DNA of 64,000 nucleotides from NCBI GenBank assembly GCA_963767005.1, contig CAVYCN010000004.1, positions 416,001 to 480,000 on the forward strand, read 5' to 3'. The translations under genes were made by a program, and so were the position numbers. The stretch comes from an uncultured Actinomycetes bacterium. Its GTDB lineage: Bacteria; Actinomycetota; Thermoleophilia; UBA2241. The notes beneath the pieces were generated by a model that saw only the letters and a program-made list of their open reading frames with translations, did not search any database and was not told the DNA's origin. This document shows, in pieces, positions 59,661 through 64,000 of this stretch. Position 1 is the first letter of the stretch, and the number at the start of each line of letters is the position of its first letter.

Positions 59661-59912
59661 CGTTCGTCCTCGGTCCGTTCGCTTCCCGACCGGGCCATCG
59701 CGTACGCCGTCCGCGCAGGGCGCGCCCGTCGGCCGGCGTCGACGCCTCGCGTGCCGCCAAGCGCCGTCGGCGCGCCGCATGCGAAGGATAGAGGACCCCA
59801 CCCCGGCTGTACACCGAGCGCCTCGAGTGGCCCGCGGTGCGCGGTGCCCTGCGGGTCCCGGGCGGCGGAGGCAGGCGTCGCTCGGTCGCCGGGCACGGTG
59901 CCGACACGGCGT

Positions 59913-59954
59913 GGGCCGGCGGCGGCTGCCTGCAAGGGCAGCCGCCGCCGGCCC
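59913..59954. terminator. GC-rich hairpin downstream of the large secreted protein
   Basis: gggccggcggcggctgcc-N6-ggcagccgccgccggccc. Confidence 0.6.
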
Positions 59955-60003
59955 GGTCGTGCGCCCGGTCGCCGGGATCACACGGCCCGGCGGCGCGTCT
60001 CGC

Positions 60004-63000
60004 TTACCGCACCGTCAGGCGCGACCGCAGGGTCTTGCTCTGCACGTTGCCGGCGCGGTCGGTGGCCCGCACGAAGAAGCGGTAGTGGCCGCTTGCCAGG
60101 CGCTTCTTCACCGTCCAGGTGATCGTCTTGTTGGTCTTGAACCAGTGCCGCAAGCGGTAGCGCGCCATCACCTTGCCGCGGGCGTTGGTCACGACGATCG
60201 TGACACGCGCGGCGCCGCAGCTCGGCTTGGCGTCGTAGATGCGGAAGCGCAGCCGCAGGCTGGCGCCGTGGCGCCCGGTCGAGGCCAGCGCCCTGGTCCA
60301 GGGCCGCGACGTGTCGATGTGCACCGTGGCAAGACCGACGTCGGAGACGTTGCCGGCGTCGTCGACCGCGCGGTAGAGCACCGCGGTCGCGCCCTTCTGC
60401 GCCACCGTGAGATCGCTGCGCGCCGTCCACGAGTTGCCGCCGTTCGTCGAGTACTCGATGCGGGCGATGCCCGAGGAGGGCGCGGGGTCACTAGCGGTGA
60501 AGGTCAGACTGAGCGGTGTCCGGCGCCAGGCCGTGCTGGCGCCATCGACGGCGGCCGTGGGCTGGCGTGTGTCGATCCCGACCACGGCGATGCGTGTCGG
60601 CTCGACCGTGTCGGCCTTGTCGATCGAGCGGTAGCAGAGCAGGTGGGCGCCGTCGTTCGAGTGGTCGGCGGGAGCGTCGATCGAGAGGCTCGTGCCGGGC
60701 GTCCAGGTCTGGCCGTCGTCGAGCGAGTACTCGGTGTGGTCGATGCCCGGGCCGGCCGGGTCCTCGTAGGCGTGCAGCGACAGATCGGCATCGGTGTTGC
60801 GCCACATGCCGTTGAGACCCAGGAGGGCGGTCTGCGGCGTGTAGGTAGGCGTGCCACCACCGCCGCCCGTGCCGGCGGTGAGGTAGACGATCACGGTGCG
60901 GTTCAGCTCGACATGGCCGAGCGCGTCGGTCGAGCAGTAGGTCACGGTGTGCTGGCCGTCGTTGCTGCCGTCGGTCAGCGGCCGTAACACGAGCTGCGTG
61001 CCCGTCTGCCAGTCGCCGCCGTCGACCGCGTACTGCGTCTCGGCGTCGCCGCCGGTCATGCCGCAGCCGAGGTCGTCGGGCAGGAAGGTGAGGGTCAGGT
61101 CGCCGCTCGCATCGTCACGTTGCACGTCGACGTTGGTGATCGGCGGCTGCGTGTCGATGCGCACGGTGCAGGTGCCCTGCGTGACGTTGCCGGCGTTGTC
61201 GGTCGCCTGATACTCGTAGGTGTAGACGCCGTCGTTCGAACCGTCGGCCGGAGCCGACACCGTGAACGAGCCGCTGCTCCCGTCGAGCCAGGTGGTCGTG
61301 CCGTTGAGCCGGTACTGGACGTCGTCGAGCTGAGAGCCGCCGCCGTCGGAGCTCGTCAGGGTGACCGTCACGTCGTGGTCGTGCCAGCCGGTGTCGCCGT
61401 CCGCGCTGCTCGTGATGGTCGGCACGGTGGTGTCGATCTTGACCGTGCAGCTACCGGTCGTCGAGGCGTTGCCGGCCACGTCGAACGCGCGGTACTGGTA
61501 AGTGTGCGAGCCGTCGTTGGAGCCGTTCGTGCCGGCCGGCACCGTGAACTGGTCGTCGCTCGCCGTCTGCCAGGTGGTGCCGCCGTCGGTCGAGTATTCG
61601 GTGTGGTCGACGCCCGAGCCGCCCGTGTCGGCCGGGTCCAGGGTGACCGTGACGTCGTGGTCGTGCCAGCTCGTGTCGCCGTCCGCGCTGCTCGTGATGG
61701 TCGGATCGGTCGTGTCGAAGTTGAGCGTGAAGCTGCCGGTCGCCGAGGCGTTGCCGGCGTTGTCGAGGGCGCGATAGTCGTAGACCACGGCGCCGTTGTT
61801 GCTGCCGGCCGGCGCCGTGAAGCTGTCGCCGGTGGCGTCGAGCCAGGTGCCCGAGCTGTGCAGCTTGTACTGCGTCTTCTGCACGCCCGAGCCGCCCGTG
61901 TCGGCCGCGCTCAGGGTGACCGCGACGTCCTGGTCGTGCCAGGCACTATCGCTGTCCTCGCTGCTGGTGATGGTCGGATCGGTCGTGTCGAAGTTGAGCG
62001 TGAAGCTGCCGACGCTCGAGTCGTTGCCGGCCTTGTCGACGGCCCGGTAATCGTAGGTCACGGTGCCGTTCGTGCTGCCCGCCGGCACGACCACCTGGTT
62101 GCCGCTCGCCGTCTGCCAGGTGGTGCCGCCGTCGGTCGAGTACTCGGTGTGGTCGATCCCCGAGCCGCCCGTGTCGGCCGGGTTCAGGGTGACCGTCACG
62201 TCGTGGCTGTGCCAGCTCGAGTCGCTGTCGGCGCTGCTCGTGACGGACGGGTCGGTAAGGTCGATATTGACGTAGCGCTGCTCGTGGGTCTCGACGTTGC
62301 CCGCCGCATCGACGGACCAGAACACGAGGGGATGCGACCCCTGGGTGCTCACCGGGATCGGACCTGTGTAGAGGGTCGGGCTGCTCGCGCCATCGAGCTC
62401 GTAGTACGTGGTGCAGCCGTCCGTGCTGTTGTCGCTGGGCGTCAGCGTCACGAGGACGCCTTGGTCCACCCAGCCACTGGTCGCCGTGGCCGCCGTGTTG
62501 CTCGCGGACGTGGTCGGGGCGGTCCCGTCGACGTAGAGACTCGTCGCGCCTCGAACGCTGCCGTAGTTGGTCGCGGTGATCGTCGCGGTGCCGTCGGTCG
62601 AGCCCGCCGTGAAGGTCGTGGTGGCATGTCCGCTGGCGTCGGTGAGCGCGCTCGTCGGGCTCACGGTCCCATCGGTCGCGCTGAAGGTGATCAGCTCGCC
62701 GGCGAGCGGGTTGCCCGAGCCATCGGTCGCCGTGGCCGTCACGGTCGTCGTCGCGCCCGGCTTGAGGTCGGAGGCCCCCGCCGTGGCGGTGACCGTGGTG
62801 GCGCCGATGACGTCGGCCTGAGTCGTGGCCGTGTTCGAGTCGAGGATGTACTTGTCGGCGTCGGTGCCGCTCAGAGCCAGGCCCTGGACCGTCACGGTCT
62901 TGCCGGTGCCGGGCGCGGCCGTGTCGAACGTGGCCGTCGCGCCCGAGGTGTTCAGGGTGACGTCGTCGCTGCCCTGTACGCCGGCCACGGAGCTGCCGGT

Positions 63001-63816
63001 GATGGTCGCCGCGGTCGTGCCGTCGTACGGCTTGTTGGCGACCGTGACGGTCGGCGTGAGGGGCTGGAACGAGCCGAAGTGGTCGACGTAGACGTAGCCC
63101 CAGTGACCGCCCTGGCTGCAGCCGGCAGCCGTGACGTCGAGCTCGATCGAGTCACCGACCGAGATGGTCCCGGGGGCCAGGTCGATCGTCTGCCAGTTGG
63201 TGTACTGAACGGGCGTGGGGCTGGTCTGGTAGGTGTTCCAGATCGAGCCCGAGCCGGAGAAGATGAACGACGAGTAGAGGTCGGTGCTCGTCGTCGTGTC
63301 GCGCACGTGGACGTAGACGTATGGCTGCTCGTTAGCCGGGTGGCTGGGGTTCTGCACCACCGCCGCCCAGGCGAACTGGACGTGCACCTTGCCGTCGGCC
63401 TTGATGTCACTCGATCCCACCGTCGCGGTCTGCGTGAGCGTGTTGCCGTTGTTGCTGGCGCCCTGGTAGTTGACGACGGCGCAGTACTGGCCGGACAAGG
63501 GGAAGTGCAGGACGCCGCCCGTGTTGGCGTCGGTCTGGCTCATCTCGGCGTACGGCCCGCGGATGTACGTGTAGTTGTAGCCGCCCGCGTTCTTCTGGAT
63601 GCTCGCGCCCGTGAACGGCTGCGAGCCGCTCAAGCCGGGGTTGAGGAAGGTGGTGGTGGTCCAGCCGGTGAAGTCACCGTTCTCGAAGCCGCCGTTGGTG
63701 AACAGCGCGAAGGCGCTGCTCGGGAAGAACAGCAGCAGGCACAACGCAAGCAGCGCGAGCGGTAAGGCCCTGGCCGCAAGACGTGTCGACCTGCACGTCC
63801 TCGATGGTGACTGCAT
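60004..63816 (-). CDS. Large secreted protein with YDG, Big_1-like and repeated OmpL47-like Ig domains
   Basis: Signal peptide (..SSAFA), NGGFE N-domain, NKPYDGTT, repeated DTTxP..D.GGSG..TEYS.DGG.TW..YRA.D.AGN units, basic C-terminal domain. Confidence 0.85.
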   Translation of the reverse strand: MQSPSRTCRSTRLAARALPLALLALCLLLFFPSSAFALFTNGGFENGDFTGWTTTTFLNPGLSGSQPFTGASIQKNAGGYNYTYIRGPYAEMSQTDANTGGVLHFPLSGQYCAVVNYQGASNNGNTLTQTATVGSSDIKADGKVHVQFAWAAVVQNPSHPANEQPYVYVHVRDTTTSTDLYSSFIFSGSGSIWNTYQTSPTPVQYTNWQTIDLAPGTISVGDSIELDVTAAGCSQGGHWGYVYVDHFGSFQPLTPTVTVANKPYDGTTAATITGSSVAGVQGSDDVTLNTSGATATFDTAAPGTGKTVTVQGLALSGTDADKYILDSNTATTQADVIGATTVTATAGASDLKPGATTTVTATATDGSGNPLAGELITFSATDGTVSPTSALTDASGHATTTFTAGSTDGTATITATNYGSVRGATSLYVDGTAPTTSASNTAATATSGWVDQGVLVTLTPSDNSTDGCTTYYELDGASSPTLYTGPIPVSTQGSHPLVFWSVDAAGNVETHEQRYVNIDLTDPSVTSSADSDSSWHSHDVTVTLNPADTGGSGIDHTEYSTDGGTTWQTASGNQVVVPAGSTNGTVTYDYRAVDKAGNDSSVGSFTLNFDTTDPTITSSEDSDSAWHDQDVAVTLSAADTGGSGVQKTQYKLHSSGTWLDATGDSFTAPAGSNNGAVVYDYRALDNAGNASATGSFTLNFDTTDPTITSSADGDTSWHDHDVTVTLDPADTGGSGVDHTEYSTDGGTTWQTASDDQFTVPAGTNGSNDGSHTYQYRAFDVAGNASTTGSCTVKIDTTVPTITSSADGDTGWHDHDVTVTLTSSDGGGSQLDDVQYRLNGTTTWLDGSSGSFTVSAPADGSNDGVYTYEYQATDNAGNVTQGTCTVRIDTQPPITNVDVQRDDASGDLTLTFLPDDLGCGMTGGDAETQYAVDGGDWQTGTQLVLRPLTDGSNDGQHTVTYCSTDALGHVELNRTVIVYLTAGTGGGGGTPTYTPQTALLGLNGMWRNTDADLSLHAYEDPAGPGIDHTEYSLDDGQTWTPGTSLSIDAPADHSNDGAHLLCYRSIDKADTVEPTRIAVVGIDTRQPTAAVDGASTAWRRTPLSLTFTASDPAPSSGIARIEYSTNGGNSWTARSDLTVAQKGATAVLYRAVDDAGNVSDVGLATVHIDTSRPWTRALASTGRHGASLRLRFRIYDAKPSCGAARVTIVVTNARGKVMARYRLRHWFKTNKTITWTVKKRLASGHYRFFVRATDRAGNVQSKTLRSRLTVR

Positions 63817-64000
63817 GATGATCCCTCCCTGTCGCGACGGCGGCGCCCAGCCGCCTTGGTGCCTGGGATGCGTGGGCCGCGCCGCCATGCTCCCTCGAGC
63901 GCTGCGCGCATCGTGCGCGCCAGCCCATCCCCAGCCGTCACTTCTGGCTGGGAGCCCGCAATCCCTTTACGACGGCTATCGACCGGGGCGGTTCCCGACG

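Noticed and set aside
63890-64000. Possible c-di-GMP riboswitch upstream of the surface protein
   Set aside because: Only a simple hairpin is visible; the conserved GGCAAAC/GCAAA elements were not found, and the region is cut by the window edge.

Overview
High-GC bacterial window; the gene repertoire suggests Actinomycetota, probably Thermoleophilia-like (inference). Left part: partial galT, a PAS-GGDEF cyclase, a DUF4388 protein, the rpmH-rnpA-yidD-yidC-jag block (no dnaA or mnmE/rsmG beside it), three tandem DUF2007-like genes, nfo and hydrolases. A peptide ABC transporter with creatininase, TetRs, an APC permease and an ArgE-like deacylase follow. Two accessory loci stand out. (1) 29.0-32.7 kb: a membrane HD-GYP gene divergent from a radical SAM-PDZ-DUF512-like enzyme, an 83-aa copy of that enzyme's N-terminal domain, and an unannotated 37-aa peptide gene (MNQALDVLALADVEEADEIVDTVIADPLQFKWDSPLA) with its own promoter, RBS and terminator. 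This is a candidate new RiPP/peptide-signalling system. (2) 37.9-43.2 kb, next to tRNA-Glu: an arsenic-resistance cluster in which acr3-arsR is translationally coupled to the mercury-methylation genes hgcA-hgcB. Right part: pepC, dacB, a PLD, an agmatine deiminase pathway, lipoproteins, an FAD oxidoreductase and a large Ig-repeat secreted protein. Several frameshifted or decayed genes are present. All calls come from motif recognition by eye; no database searches were run.
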